Shown here: positions 32,559 to 42,103 of the stretch, piece after piece
How positions within the stretch are numbered: the stretch's first letter is position 1
Layout: every line of letters begins with the position of its first letter
DNA from: an uncultured Planctomycetota bacterium
GTDB taxonomy: Bacteria > Planctomycetota > PLA2 > JAEUHO01
Length of the DNA stretch: 64,000 nt
Direction: 5' to 3'
Assembly (NCBI GenBank): GCA_963752285.1
Contig: CAVVXN010000005.1
Coordinates: forward strand, 160,001 to 224,000
Position numbers and translations under genes: made by a program
The notes under the pieces: generated by a model
Seen by the model: the letters and a program-made list of their open reading frames with translations, nothing else
Databases searched by the model: none
Told to the model about the DNA's origin: nothing

Positions 32559-33431
32559 TCAGCGCGAGGCGTCGCGCGTCGTCGGGCCCCGGCCCAGGGA
32601 CTCGTTCAGGCTGCCGCTCCGGTAGCCCTCCGCGTCGAAGGACACGTAGTCGAACCCCGCGGCCCGGACGCCCTCCACGATCCGCTCGCGGACCCCGGCC
32701 GAGAGCGCCGCGGCGAGGTCGGTCAGGGGGACCTCGATCCGCGCCACCGTCCCGTGCACCCGAACGCGGACCACCGAGAACCCCTCCCGTCGGATCGCCC
32801 GTTCGGCCGCGGCGACGCGCTGAAGGCCCTCCCGCGTGACCTCGGTGCCGTAGGGGAAGCGGCTCGAGAGGCAGGCTTCCGGCGGCTTGTCCCACGTCGG
32901 GAGCCCCATCTCGCGCGAGAGCGCCCGGACCCAGCTCTTCGTGAGGCCGGCCTCCAGGAGTGGCGAGCGTACACCATGTCGCCGCGCCGCGGCCATCCCG
33001 GGACGGTGGTCTCCCACGTCGTCGGCGTTCGAGCCGTCGAGGACGTTCGAGAGACCGCGCTCCCGGGCCACCTCGCGGAGTTGCCCGTAGAGGTGGTCCT
33101 TGCAGTGGAAGCAGCGGTCGGGGGCGTTCCTGCGGAACGCCTCGATGTCGAGCTCCGAGGACCGCACGACGACGTGCTCGACGCCCGCCCGCCGTGCGAC
33201 GTCGCACGCGGTCTCGAGCTCCTCCGCCGCCAGGCTCTCCGAACGGCTCGTCACCGCGACGACGTGCGCGCGGCCCCAGGCCCGGGCCGCCGCGTGGACG
33301 AGGAGAGCGCTGTCCGCGCCCCCGGACAGGGCCACGACCGCGCCGGGCGCGAGGTCCCGGAGCGTGTCGAGGAGGCGGCGCCTCGCCTCGTCGATGTCCC
33401 CGGGCGGCGGCGGGACGGGGGGACCGTGCAT
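32559..33431 (-). CDS. larE: LarE-family ATP-dependent sulfur transferase (PP-loop)
   Basis: VALSGGADS PP-loop, NAPDRCFHCK, DGSNADDVGDHRPG, WDKPPEACLSSRFPYG, RVRVHG, GYRSGSLN. Confidence 0.9.
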   Translation of the reverse strand: MHGPPVPPPPGDIDEARRRLLDTLRDLAPGAVVALSGGADSALLVHAAARAWGRAHVVAVTSRSESLAAEELETACDVARRAGVEHVVVRSSELDIEAFRRNAPDRCFHCKDHLYGQLREVARERGLSNVLDGSNADDVGDHRPGMAAARRHGVRSPLLEAGLTKSWVRALSREMGLPTWDKPPEACLSSRFPYGTEVTREGLQRVAAAERAIRREGFSVVRVRVHGTVARIEVPLTDLAAALSAGVRERIVEGVRAAGFDYVSFDAEGYRSGSLNESLGRGPTTRDASR

Positions 33432-33496
33432 GCGCTGAGCATACGCGGTCCTCGGCGGGCGACGAGCGGGGGACCCGTACACACGGGACGCGTGGG

Positions 33497-34666
33497 TCAC
33501 CGCTGGAAGAGCGGGATCCCCTCGTCCGGGACGGCGAGCGTGAGGGTCGCGAACGCGGTCGGGAGCAGCGGGCCGAACTCGAACTGGTCGTGGTCGTCCC
33601 ACCACCCCTCGATCGACTGGCGGGACAGGATGTGCGGGTACATCTCCATCTGCCAGCGGGCCCAGTAGCCCGACGAGTGGGGGTCCCAGTCGTCCCCGTC
33701 CCGCTGCCAGCAGGCCCACGCCGCGTAGAAGTTGCCGTAGTAGTACCAGCGCTGCTGCTGCTTCACGGTGACGAGCTGGTCCATCATGAAGTCGAGGCCG
33801 CGGCGGATCCGGTCCTCGTTCCTGGCGTCGGCGTACCGACCGTAGAGGAGGAAGGACGAGAGGGCGGCGGCGGTCAGCGCGTAGGACGAGCGCTCGACGT
33901 AGACGCTGTACCGAAACGAGCCGTTCGGGTTCTGGCTCCGTACGAGGTAGTAGAGCCCCCGCTTCACCACCTCCTCGTGCACGGGCACGCCGGCGTCGCT
34001 CGCGGCGCGAAGGCCCTGCGCCACCGTGACCGTCACGCTGCCCTCGTGGTCCGAGCTCGGGTTCGGCTCGTAGCCGAACCCGCCCGTCGCCGTCTGCGAC
34101 TGTTCGATGCACTGCACCGCCTTGACGACCACCCCCCGCATGCGCTCGTAGCGAGCGTCGGTCGTCGTGCCCATCGCGGTAGCGAGTGCCAGCGTCGCGA
34201 AGCCCTGACCGTGCATTCGCGAGGACGGATCCTTGGGGTGATAGAAGTACCCCTCGGGGAACTGGCCGCCGTGCGAGGGGTTCTCGACGAGCCCGAGGAG
34301 GAAGTCGATCCCCCGCTGGACCTGCCGGCCGTACGGACCGCGACCGTCGGACGATCCCGTGGCCATCAACGCGAGCACGGAGAGCGCGCTCAGCGCCACG
34401 ATGCCGTTGTTCTGACCGAAGTAGCCCGCCCCGTGCTCGGGCTGCTGCCCGGCGATCCAGTGGCAGCCCTTCGCCACGGCCTCCCGACGCTGCCGGCGCG
34501 CGGACGCCGTCTCGGCGCGGGCGGTGGCGTCGGTGCCCCGCGCGGACGCGGACAACGGGAAGCCGAGTCCACCGAGCGCCCAGCACGCGCCGGCGCCGAG
34601 CGCCGAGCCGAGGACCTGTCGGCGGTCCATCGGCCCCTGGTGGACGGCGCGACGCCCGTCGTTCAC
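33497..34666 (-). CDS. Exported prenyltransferase/squalene-cyclase-repeat (alpha/alpha toroid) protein with a Tat-like signal
   Basis: DRRQVLG twin-Arg motif; SRMHGQGFATLALA, QTATGGFGY, QNPNGSFRY, YYYGNFYA, QSIEGWW repeats. Alternative ATG at 34630. Confidence 0.85.
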   Translation of the reverse strand: MNDGRRAVHQGPMDRRQVLGSALGAGACWALGGLGFPLSASARGTDATARAETASARRQRREAVAKGCHWIAGQQPEHGAGYFGQNNGIVALSALSVLALMATGSSDGRGPYGRQVQRGIDFLLGLVENPSHGGQFPEGYFYHPKDPSSRMHGQGFATLALATAMGTTTDARYERMRGVVVKAVQCIEQSQTATGGFGYEPNPSSDHEGSVTVTVAQGLRAASDAGVPVHEEVVKRGLYYLVRSQNPNGSFRYSVYVERSSYALTAAALSSFLLYGRYADARNEDRIRRGLDFMMDQLVTVKQQQRWYYYGNFYAAWACWQRDGDDWDPHSSGYWARWQMEMYPHILSRQSIEGWWDDHDQFEFGPLLPTAFATLTLAVPDEGIPLFQR

Positions 34667-34670
34667 CCCC

Positions 34671-35615
34671 TCACCTCCCGTGCGACTCCGAAGCCGCGCG
34701 TCCGAGCCACTGGAGGTATTCCTTGATCAGCTCCTGGTATTCGGGCGGGATCTTCTCCATGGCCCCCCGGACGTAGGCGTCGCGGATCTGCGGCGGGAGC
34801 TTCGGGTCCCACACCGGGCGGTCGTCCTTCGGCGGGGGCTCGCCGGAGCCCGGCGGCTTGGGCTGTGCCGGGTCGCGGTCCTTCGGGTCGCGCGGGTGGT
34901 CGGGGCGTCCGTCCTCCGGCTTCTTCTCGCCGCCCGCGTCGGGCTTGTCGTCCATCGACTTGCGGATGTCGCGCGGGTCGGGTTTCGGCTCGGCGGACGG
35001 GTCCTGCGGGTCCGGCGAGCTGCCGGACCGGGAGTACGGCACCATGCGGACGAGCTGCTCCATCTCGCGCGGGATCTCTCCGGAGGTCTTCCGGGACTCG
35101 CGGATCAGGTCTTCCATGGAGCGGGCGGCGTCGGCGCCGCCCTCCGGGGCCTGGCCGCCGGAGGGGCCCGGTCCGGCGCCCGGGTGCGTCTCTCCACCCC
35201 CCGACGGGCTCGGACCGGCCCCGGGGGCGCCCGCCCCAGACGGCGACGTGCCAGAGGGCGGCGTGCCGGAGGGGGCGGTGCCGGAAGGCGAGGTGCCCGT
35301 CCCTCCGCCGGGATGGCTCGGGTCCGTGCCCTCCGTGCCCTCCGTGCCCGAGTCCGTGCTGCCGCCCGGCCGCGGGGGAACCTCGGGGGGCTTCACGTCC
35401 ACGGGCTCGGGCTTCTTCGCCTGCTTGCCCGTGCTGATGCGGAGCAGCGCCTCTTCGTTCTCGTGCATCAGACGGATGATCTTCTCCATCTGCGCCTTCA
35501 CCTTGGCGCTCACCTCGTCCATCCCCTCCTCGCCCTCGCCTCGTGCGGACGCGAGGGCGCCGAAGGTGACGGCCGTCACCCCGAGTCCCAGGGCGATCGA
35601 TCTCATGAGCTTCAT
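34671..35615 (-). CDS. Exported Pro/Gly/Ser-rich protein with C-terminal WDPKLPPQIR...IPPEYQELIKEY motif
   Basis: Signal peptide, short helical segments, PSGTxP linker repeats. Confidence 0.7.
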   Translation of the reverse strand: MKLMRSIALGLGVTAVTFGALASARGEGEEGMDEVSAKVKAQMEKIIRLMHENEEALLRISTGKQAKKPEPVDVKPPEVPPRPGGSTDSGTEGTEGTDPSHPGGGTGTSPSGTAPSGTPPSGTSPSGAGAPGAGPSPSGGGETHPGAGPGPSGGQAPEGGADAARSMEDLIRESRKTSGEIPREMEQLVRMVPYSRSGSSPDPQDPSAEPKPDPRDIRKSMDDKPDAGGEKKPEDGRPDHPRDPKDRDPAQPKPPGSGEPPPKDDRPVWDPKLPPQIRDAYVRGAMEKIPPEYQELIKEYLQWLGRAASESHGR

Positions 35616-35664
35616 GGCATGGCTCCGTCCGATGCAGTATCTCACGTGCGCGGCGCCCGGTTCG

Positions 35665-38600
35665 TCATGACCCGAAAACCGCCTTCTTCAGCTCGTCCAG
35701 CATTCTCGTGAGGCGGCTCTGCTGGTGATAGAGGCGCTCGAGTACGCGCCGCTGATCGTCGTTCACGTCGCCCTCGTGAATCGAGGGGTTCCGTCGCCAG
35801 AAGGTCTCGATCTTGAGGTTCAAGTCCTGCTGGCGCCGCCGGAGGAGCTTGATCTCGGCGATCGGCGGCACGAGCTGCGGGCGCGGTTGACCGCCCCCCT
35901 GCTGCTGCTGACCCCCCTGCTGTTGCTGACGACGGCGGTCGATCTCGTCCTCGAAGCCGCCGATCAGGTCGTCGAGGCGCTGGACCACCTCGTCTTCGAT
36001 CGTCACCACGAGGGGCCCGACGTCGCGCTGATCGAGCTGGTCCACGATCTCGCCCATGTCGAGGTACGCCTCCTCCATCACCGCGGCGAAGGCGACCGAC
36101 CCCTCCTTCTGCACGGCCTCGAGGCGCTCCTGGAACCGTGCCGCGAGGTCCTTCTCGTCGTGGGACAGGTCCTCGATCTGGCGCTTCACCACGCGGCGGG
36201 GGACCTGCCCGCCCGCGAGGTCCTGCGACAGGGTCGCGGTGCGGTCGCGGATCGCCTTCTGCTCGTCGCGGAAGCCCTTGAGGTCCTGGGAGAGACGGAA
36301 CAGCAGCTCGTCCTGCTGAAGGCTCTGGTAGTGCCGCCGCTCCTGGTCGAGCTCCTGCCGCACCTGCTCCAGGTACTGCCGCGCCTCCTCGGCCTTTTTC
36401 GAGGCCTGCTGGCCCTGGCCGCTCGACAGGTCGTCCTCGGTCTCCTCCATCGCGCGCTTCGCGGCGTTGGCGTTCTTCTGGGCCTCCTTCGACTGGGCCT
36501 GGTCGAGCAGCTCCTGGAGGCGCTTCAGTCGCTCCCGGATCCGTTTCTGCTCGTCCTGGAGGCGGGCGAGGGTCTCGCGGCGGTCCTCGGACGATCCCGA
36601 CTCGCTCCCGGCCTTCGAGAGGTCCTTCTGCGCCTGCTCCAGGTGCGACTCCGCGCTCTGCTGCGAGGTCTGGGCGGCACCCGACTGGCCGGCCTCGCCG
36701 CTCTGCGCCGCCTTCGTCATCTCCTCGGCCGCCTGGTCCACGTGCGCGGCCGCCCGCTCGGCGCCCGCCTTCGCCTCTTGGGACGCGGGGTCGAGCTCCC
36801 GGATCTTCCGGCCGAGCTCCTCGGCCTCCGCCTCGAGATCGCGCTGGCGCTGGCCGAGCTCGCGGCGCTTCGCCGCGCCCTGGGCCGTCTGCTCGGCGGC
36901 CTCCTTCTCGAGGGCGGCCTTGGCGGCCTCGAGCTCCTCGACCGCCTTCTGCTGCGCGGCGCCCGCCTCGCCCTTGGCACCGCCCTTCGCGAGCGCGCCC
37001 GCGGCCTGGCCCATGGCCTGGCTCGCTGCCGCGGCGTGCTCGGCGGCCGACTGGCTGGCCGGGCCCGCCTGGGGAGAGCTCGCGTCGGAGCGCATGCCCG
37101 CCGCCAGCTTCTCCGCCTCGGCGGCCAGGGCGGCCTGCTGCCCCGCGGTCTTCGGGCCCGCCCCCGCTTCGAGGGACTCCGCGGCGCGCTCGAGCGCCGC
37201 GCTCGCCTCCCGTTGCGCCTCGCCCGCGCCGGCGTCCTCGCCTCGGCCAGCCGCGTCCGCCGCCTGGGCCATCCGGGCCGCCGCCTCGAGCGCTGCCTCC
37301 CGCGCCTGGGCCGTGCTCCCCGCCGGGGCCTCGTCCCCGGTCGTCGCGGGCGTCTTCTCGCTGCCGGGAGGGGAGGACGGCGAGGATCCGCTCGGCGAGG
37401 ACCCGCTCGGCGAGGACCCGCTCGGCGGCGACGTGCCGGGCGGCGTACCCGACGGAGGCGTCCCCGCGGGGCTCGTCCCGGCGGGTGGCGCACCGCCCGG
37501 CGACGGCGGGCTCGGAGGCGTGGCGCCCGACGGGGCGCCTCCGGGCGTGGGACCCTGCCCCTCCGTCGGGGTCTCGGCGCCGGCCGCCGGCGAGGAGGCC
37601 CCGGAGGACGCGCCCGGGGTGCGGTCCCGTCCCTCGGGCGCCCGCCCGCCTGCGGACGCGTCGCCCGCGAGTCGCGAGGCGAGGTCCTCGGCCTCTCCCT
37701 GGCGCGCGGCCTCGGCCGCGCGGGTCGCCTCCGCGTCGGCTCCGGCCTTCGCGCCGCCGAGCGCCGCGATCGCGCGCTCGACGTCCTTGCGGGCCCGTCC
37801 CGCGGCCGCCGAGCCCGCGGACGGCTTGTCGCTCCGGAGGCCCGCCGAGGCCTCGTCGAGGCCGCCCGCGGCGGCGCGGAGGGCGTCCGCGGCGTCACCC
37901 GCGGCGTCCGGCTCGAGGGCCGGGCCCGCGAGCCCGTTCACGGTGCGGGCGAGGGCCACGGCCTCGGCACCGGCCGTGTCCGCGAGCTTGGCCGTCCTCT
38001 CGGGGTCCGCGTCGAGCGCCGCGGCCTTCGCCTCGACGTCCTTAGCCGCGTCGGCCAGCTCCGGGCCGTTCGCCGCCGGGTCCTCCTCGCCCGACGCCGC
38101 GGCCCGTTCGGCGCGCGCCAGGCGGTCGAGGGCCTCGGCCAGGGCCGCTTCCTCGGCCGAGCCCGTCGTGGACGGGGCCGGCGGGGCGCCAGCGCCTCCG
38201 CTCGCCTGGGGCCCCGGCCCGTGAAGCGTTCGGGCCGTCGCCGCGGCGTCCTCTGCGGCCTTCTCGAGCGCCTTCGCGCGGTCGTCCCCGGTCGCGCTCG
38301 CGGCCTCGCGTGCGGCCTTCGCCGCCGCGGCGGCTTCGGCGGCCGTCGCGTCCCGGCCGGCGGCCAACTCGACGGCCCGCGCCCGCTCGAGGAGGCCCTG
38401 GAGCGCGCGCTTCGCCTCACCGACCGCCGCGCGCGCCTCGCTCGCCTGGGCCGCTTCGGCCTCGCGCCGGGCGAGGTCGCGTGCCGTCTTGGCGGCGTCC
38501 GCCAGGTCCGCCGACGACGTCCGGCCCGGCTCCGTCGTCTGGGCCATCGCCTCCTTCTGGCGCCGCTCGAGGTCGGTCAGCGCGGCGATCCGCTGGGCGG

Positions 38601-39231
38601 TCGCGTCCTGCTCCGCGGCCTTCTGGGCGGCCGCCTGGGCCGCCAGCGCGTGCTGCTCCGCCTGGAGCTTCCCGAGCTGCTGGCGGATCTCCTCGGCCCG
38701 GCGCGCCGCCTCCGAGCGGGCGTCCGCCTCGGCCTGGTCGATCTTCTTCTGGAGATCGCTCTCCTGGTCCTTCAGTCGGGAGGCCTCCGCGGCGGCCTGC
38801 TCCGCGGCCTCGAGGCGCTGTCGGATCTCGTCCCGCGTGAACTCGCGGTTGCGGTCCTCGAGGATCAGCAGGAGGCGGTTCAGCGCTTCCAGCACGGCGT
38901 GGCTTGCGCCTCCCGCCTCGTTCACGTGGCCCTGCTCGAGCGCGGCGAGGACCTCGAGCAGCTTTCCGGCCACGTTCGCGTCCTCGATGTGCTTCAGCCC
39001 CGCGGCGACGAGGTCGGCCTCGTACCCGTGCCCCGTGCGTCTCAAGTCGTCCGCGACCGCCTTGAGGTCGCTGCGCAGGCTCCGGAGGTCACCGTCCACC
39101 TTCTTCTCGGCGGCCTTCGCCTCCGAGATCCGCTGCGCGTCCGACTCGTCGTCGGCCCGCAGGGCACGCGCTCCCACGAGGGCGAGGGTCGCCAGGAGGA
39201 GGGCCACGAGAGTCGGGCGGGGCGTGCGCAT
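35665..39231 (-). CDS. Large exported coiled-coil protein (DUF4175 C-terminal-like, ~1188 aa)
   Basis: ATG 39231 overlaps the upstream stop (TGATG); signal peptide MRTPRPTLVALLL...ALRA; Ala/Glu/Gln-rich helices; C-terminal LVPPIAEIKLLRRRQ. Confidence 0.75.
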   Translation of the reverse strand: MRTPRPTLVALLLATLALVGARALRADDESDAQRISEAKAAEKKVDGDLRSLRSDLKAVADDLRRTGHGYEADLVAAGLKHIEDANVAGKLLEVLAALEQGHVNEAGGASHAVLEALNRLLLILEDRNREFTRDEIRQRLEAAEQAAAEASRLKDQESDLQKKIDQAEADARSEAARRAEEIRQQLGKLQAEQHALAAQAAAQKAAEQDATAQRIAALTDLERRQKEAMAQTTEPGRTSSADLADAAKTARDLARREAEAAQASEARAAVGEAKRALQGLLERARAVELAAGRDATAAEAAAAAKAAREAASATGDDRAKALEKAAEDAAATARTLHGPGPQASGGAGAPPAPSTTGSAEEAALAEALDRLARAERAAASGEEDPAANGPELADAAKDVEAKAAALDADPERTAKLADTAGAEAVALARTVNGLAGPALEPDAAGDAADALRAAAGGLDEASAGLRSDKPSAGSAAAGRARKDVERAIAALGGAKAGADAEATRAAEAARQGEAEDLASRLAGDASAGGRAPEGRDRTPGASSGASSPAAGAETPTEGQGPTPGGAPSGATPPSPPSPGGAPPAGTSPAGTPPSGTPPGTSPPSGSSPSGSSPSGSSPSSPPGSEKTPATTGDEAPAGSTAQAREAALEAAARMAQAADAAGRGEDAGAGEAQREASAALERAAESLEAGAGPKTAGQQAALAAEAEKLAAGMRSDASSPQAGPASQSAAEHAAAASQAMGQAAGALAKGGAKGEAGAAQQKAVEELEAAKAALEKEAAEQTAQGAAKRRELGQRQRDLEAEAEELGRKIRELDPASQEAKAGAERAAAHVDQAAEEMTKAAQSGEAGQSGAAQTSQQSAESHLEQAQKDLSKAGSESGSSEDRRETLARLQDEQKRIRERLKRLQELLDQAQSKEAQKNANAAKRAMEETEDDLSSGQGQQASKKAEEARQYLEQVRQELDQERRHYQSLQQDELLFRLSQDLKGFRDEQKAIRDRTATLSQDLAGGQVPRRVVKRQIEDLSHDEKDLAARFQERLEAVQKEGSVAFAAVMEEAYLDMGEIVDQLDQRDVGPLVVTIEDEVVQRLDDLIGGFEDEIDRRRQQQQGGQQQQGGGQPRPQLVPPIAEIKLLRRRQQDLNLKIETFWRRNPSIHEGDVNDDQRRVLERLYHQQSRLTRMLDELKKAVFGS
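37384..37426. repeat. In-frame 15-bp tandem repeat (about 3 copies) encoding PSGSS
   Basis: GGA(T/C)CCGCTCGGCGA units inside the low-complexity linker of the 35665..39231 CDS. Confidence 0.7.
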
Positions 39232-41864
39232 CAGGGCCTCCGGGTTTCGCCGGGTGCGGCAGGGGCCGTGCCGGACAGGCGCTCGTCGAGCGCCTCCTGC
39301 TCCTCGATCAGGCGGCGGAGATCGAGGACGAGCTGATGGAGGTTCTGCCACGTGCGCATGCGCTCCAGGGTCTCCTGGAGCGCACGGCCGAGCGCGTCCT
39401 CGGCGGCGAGCAGGTCGGCCGGCGTCGCGTCGCCCGCCACCGCGCGCGTCGCGGTCTCGTGCGCCGCGGGCGCGGCGCGCGCCGCGGCCTCGACCGCCGG
39501 TTCGAGGACCCCGAGCAGGCCGTCGAGCACGCCCGTGTCCACGAAGGCCTTCTGCCTCCACTGTCGAACGATCGTGTCGTAGAGCGCGTACGGGAAGGCG
39601 GGGTCGCCCGCGGACGGTACGTCCGAGCCGGGAGCGCCCGGGCTCGCCGCCGCGTCCCCTCCCGGGCCGGGCGGGGCGCCGTACGTGCGGCGGTGGTACG
39701 CGTCGAGGGTGGCGAGGACGTGCTCGGTGGGGATCTCGGCGCCGAGTCGGTCGTAGATCCAGGCGTCGAACAGGTCGAGGACGCCCGCGGTCGCCTGCTC
39801 CACGTCCTGGGCCAGCTTCGCGTGCGCGAACTGCACGCTCTTCAGGAGGTCCTTCCCCTCCGCGCCGACGGACCCCCCTGCGAGCTCGGCGACCTGGGCC
39901 CGCCGCGCCTGCAGGTCGCTGGCGGCCACGCCGAAGGCCGTGCGCACGCTGTTGCGGCGCCCGGCAAGCCCGCGTTCCAGGTCGGTGGCGGCGAACACGT
40001 CGATCGCGGTCCAGGGCCCCTCGTGCACCTGCCCCTTGCTGTCGGTCGCGACGAGGCGGGCCGAGAGCCGGGCCGGGGGCGCGAGGCCCTCGGCATCGCT
40101 CGCCGCGAGTCGCGCGATCTCGAGCGGGGCGTACGTGCGCACCAAGGCGCGTCCGTAGGGCCCGTCGTTCGCCGCCCAGTCGGGGGGCGGCCCCGCCGTG
40201 GGGGGCGCGGTCCCCTCCGCCGGCTGCGGCCCGTCCGGGCCGGCGCCTCGGGGCGGGGCGGGCGCGGGCCCGGGCTCGGTGGGCTCGGTCGCGGTGGACG
40301 CGAGCGACGGCCTCTCGGGCATCCCGGGCGCGTCCTCGGTGTAGGGCGTCAGGGCGTAGGTGGCCAGCACGTCGTGGGGCAGCCGGACCTCGAGGCGGAG
40401 CGCGGCCACGGCATGGTCGTCCTCCGTCACGGCGAGGAGCGGGATGCGGCCCTTCGGCGTCACCTCGAGGGGGCCGTGCGGGTACACCCATCGCACGTTC
40501 GGGGGGCGGTCGGGCTCCACCTGGATCTCGTACGTGTCGGACGCGGAGTCGCTCTCGCGACCGCCGGAGGTGGTGAGGCGGACGTGGTAGCGCATCGGGC
40601 CGGTGGCCTCGAGCGGGAACGTGAAGACCCGGCCGTCCGCGCCCGTCCGCGTTCCCTCGACGACCCGGTCGGTCAACACGGCGCTGGCCGAGGCGACTGG
40701 CACGTCCGCCTCGACCTCCACGTCCACGTGCGTGCCCTCGGGGACCGTGAGGTCGCCGCCGGCCACCGTCTCCTGGGGCCGGCCGAGGTACGCGGGGAAG
40801 GAGAGGCGCGACCGGACCGAGAGGACGCGCGGAGGCACCACGATCTCGACCTGGTAGACGGGTGCGAGGTCCACGTCGTCGCCGCCCTCGAGCGTGAACG
40901 AGAAGGGCCGGCGCACGTCGCGGATCTCGATGCGGAACAGTCCCGGATGCTCGGCCAGCGCGAAGAGGCGGCGCGTGAGCGAGCGTCCCTCCGCGACCTG
41001 GTCGCGCATGATCACCTCGTCGGGGACGCTGCCCTCGGCCACCGCGTTCAGGACGAAGGGGCGCCCGACGACGACCTCGAAGGGACGTTCGGGGGGATGG
41101 GTGGCGAGTGCGCCCTCCGCGTCGAGGTCCACGGCGAGCACGGTGGTCCTGCGCGGCCACGCGACGTCTTCCAGTCCGAGGCTGCGGCGCGCCCACAGCG
41201 CGACCGTGTCGCCCCAGGCCAGCGTGACGACGACCGCGACGAGCACGGAGAGGGCCGCGGCGCCCGACCAGGCGGCCGCGCGTCGGGCCGAGACCGCCCG
41301 GCCGAAGGCGAGCGGTCCCGCCGTGCGCGCGGCGTCGTCGAGCACCGCACGCATCATGCTCTCGCTCTCGCCCCGGGTGGGACTTCGGAGCTCCGTCTCG
41401 AAGTCCAGGGCCGCGGCGAGGCGGTCCCCCAGGCCCTGGTAGCGGTGCTCGACCGCGAGCGCGAGGCGCTCGTCCGGGAGGGGGCCGAGCGCGGGCAGGA
41501 CCAGTCGGAAGCCGAGCCACAGCCCCACGCCGACGAGGCCCCCCGTGAGGAACGCGAAGAGGGGCGCGGCGCCGAGGCGCTGCCGCCCGGACCACAGCGC
41601 GAGCGTGAGGCTGCCCAGGAAGAGGGCCAGCCACGGCGCGGTGGCGAGGCCCGCCGGCTGGTCGAGGAGCCCGAGTCGGATCATCCGGCGGACGCCGATC
41701 GGCAGATCGAGCAGCCAGTCCGCGAGGAACCACGCGAGGAGGAGCACGACGCCGCTCGTCACGATGCGCGCGACCCCCTGCACGGCGGAGAGGGTCCGGA
41801 TCCGGTGCCGCAAGCCCGCCAGTCGGCGGCGCAGCGCGCGGACGGGAGATGCGGAGTCGGGCAT
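39231..41864 (-). CDS. Membrane protein with Ig-like periplasmic domains (DUF4175 N-terminal-like)
   Basis: Several N-terminal TMs; LADWLLDLP, WPRRT, FPAYLGRP, VPEGTHV, PDRPPNV, TEDDHAV motifs. Confidence 0.75.
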   Translation of the reverse strand: MPDSASPVRALRRRLAGLRHRIRTLSAVQGVARIVTSGVVLLLAWFLADWLLDLPIGVRRMIRLGLLDQPAGLATAPWLALFLGSLTLALWSGRQRLGAAPLFAFLTGGLVGVGLWLGFRLVLPALGPLPDERLALAVEHRYQGLGDRLAAALDFETELRSPTRGESESMMRAVLDDAARTAGPLAFGRAVSARRAAAWSGAAALSVLVAVVVTLAWGDTVALWARRSLGLEDVAWPRRTTVLAVDLDAEGALATHPPERPFEVVVGRPFVLNAVAEGSVPDEVIMRDQVAEGRSLTRRLFALAEHPGLFRIEIRDVRRPFSFTLEGGDDVDLAPVYQVEIVVPPRVLSVRSRLSFPAYLGRPQETVAGGDLTVPEGTHVDVEVEADVPVASASAVLTDRVVEGTRTGADGRVFTFPLEATGPMRYHVRLTTSGGRESDSASDTYEIQVEPDRPPNVRWVYPHGPLEVTPKGRIPLLAVTEDDHAVAALRLEVRLPHDVLATYALTPYTEDAPGMPERPSLASTATEPTEPGPAPAPPRGAGPDGPQPAEGTAPPTAGPPPDWAANDGPYGRALVRTYAPLEIARLAASDAEGLAPPARLSARLVATDSKGQVHEGPWTAIDVFAATDLERGLAGRRNSVRTAFGVAASDLQARRAQVAELAGGSVGAEGKDLLKSVQFAHAKLAQDVEQATAGVLDLFDAWIYDRLGAEIPTEHVLATLDAYHRRTYGAPPGPGGDAAASPGAPGSDVPSAGDPAFPYALYDTIVRQWRQKAFVDTGVLDGLLGVLEPAVEAAARAAPAAHETATRAVAGDATPADLLAAEDALGRALQETLERMRTWQNLHQLVLDLRRLIEEQEALDERLSGTAPAAPGETRRP

Positions 41865-41958
41865 CCAGCGACCTCGGGCGAGGGGAGGGACGACGCGGGA
41901 CGGGGCCGCAACCGTGACGGTACTCCGGGCGGGAGCGTTCGGCCCGTACGCACTACAC

Positions 41959-41984
41959 GGACACCCCCTTCGGGGGCCGGTTCC
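41959..41984 (-). promoter_or_regulatory. Putative ECF sigma promoter GGAACC-N16-GTCC
   Basis: Minus-strand match in the 240-nt gap upstream of 41864; the spacer contains CCCCC-GAA-GGGGG. Confidence 0.4.
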
Positions 41985-42103
41985 CGGCATTTCCGCGGTC
42001 CCCCGTCCGCGGCGTGTCGGGCGCGGCGCGTCGTGCGCCCGGGGACCAGAGCCCGCGGACCGGTCGCCAACGCGGGCGCCGGCGGGCCCGCCGCGCGGCC
42101 GGG

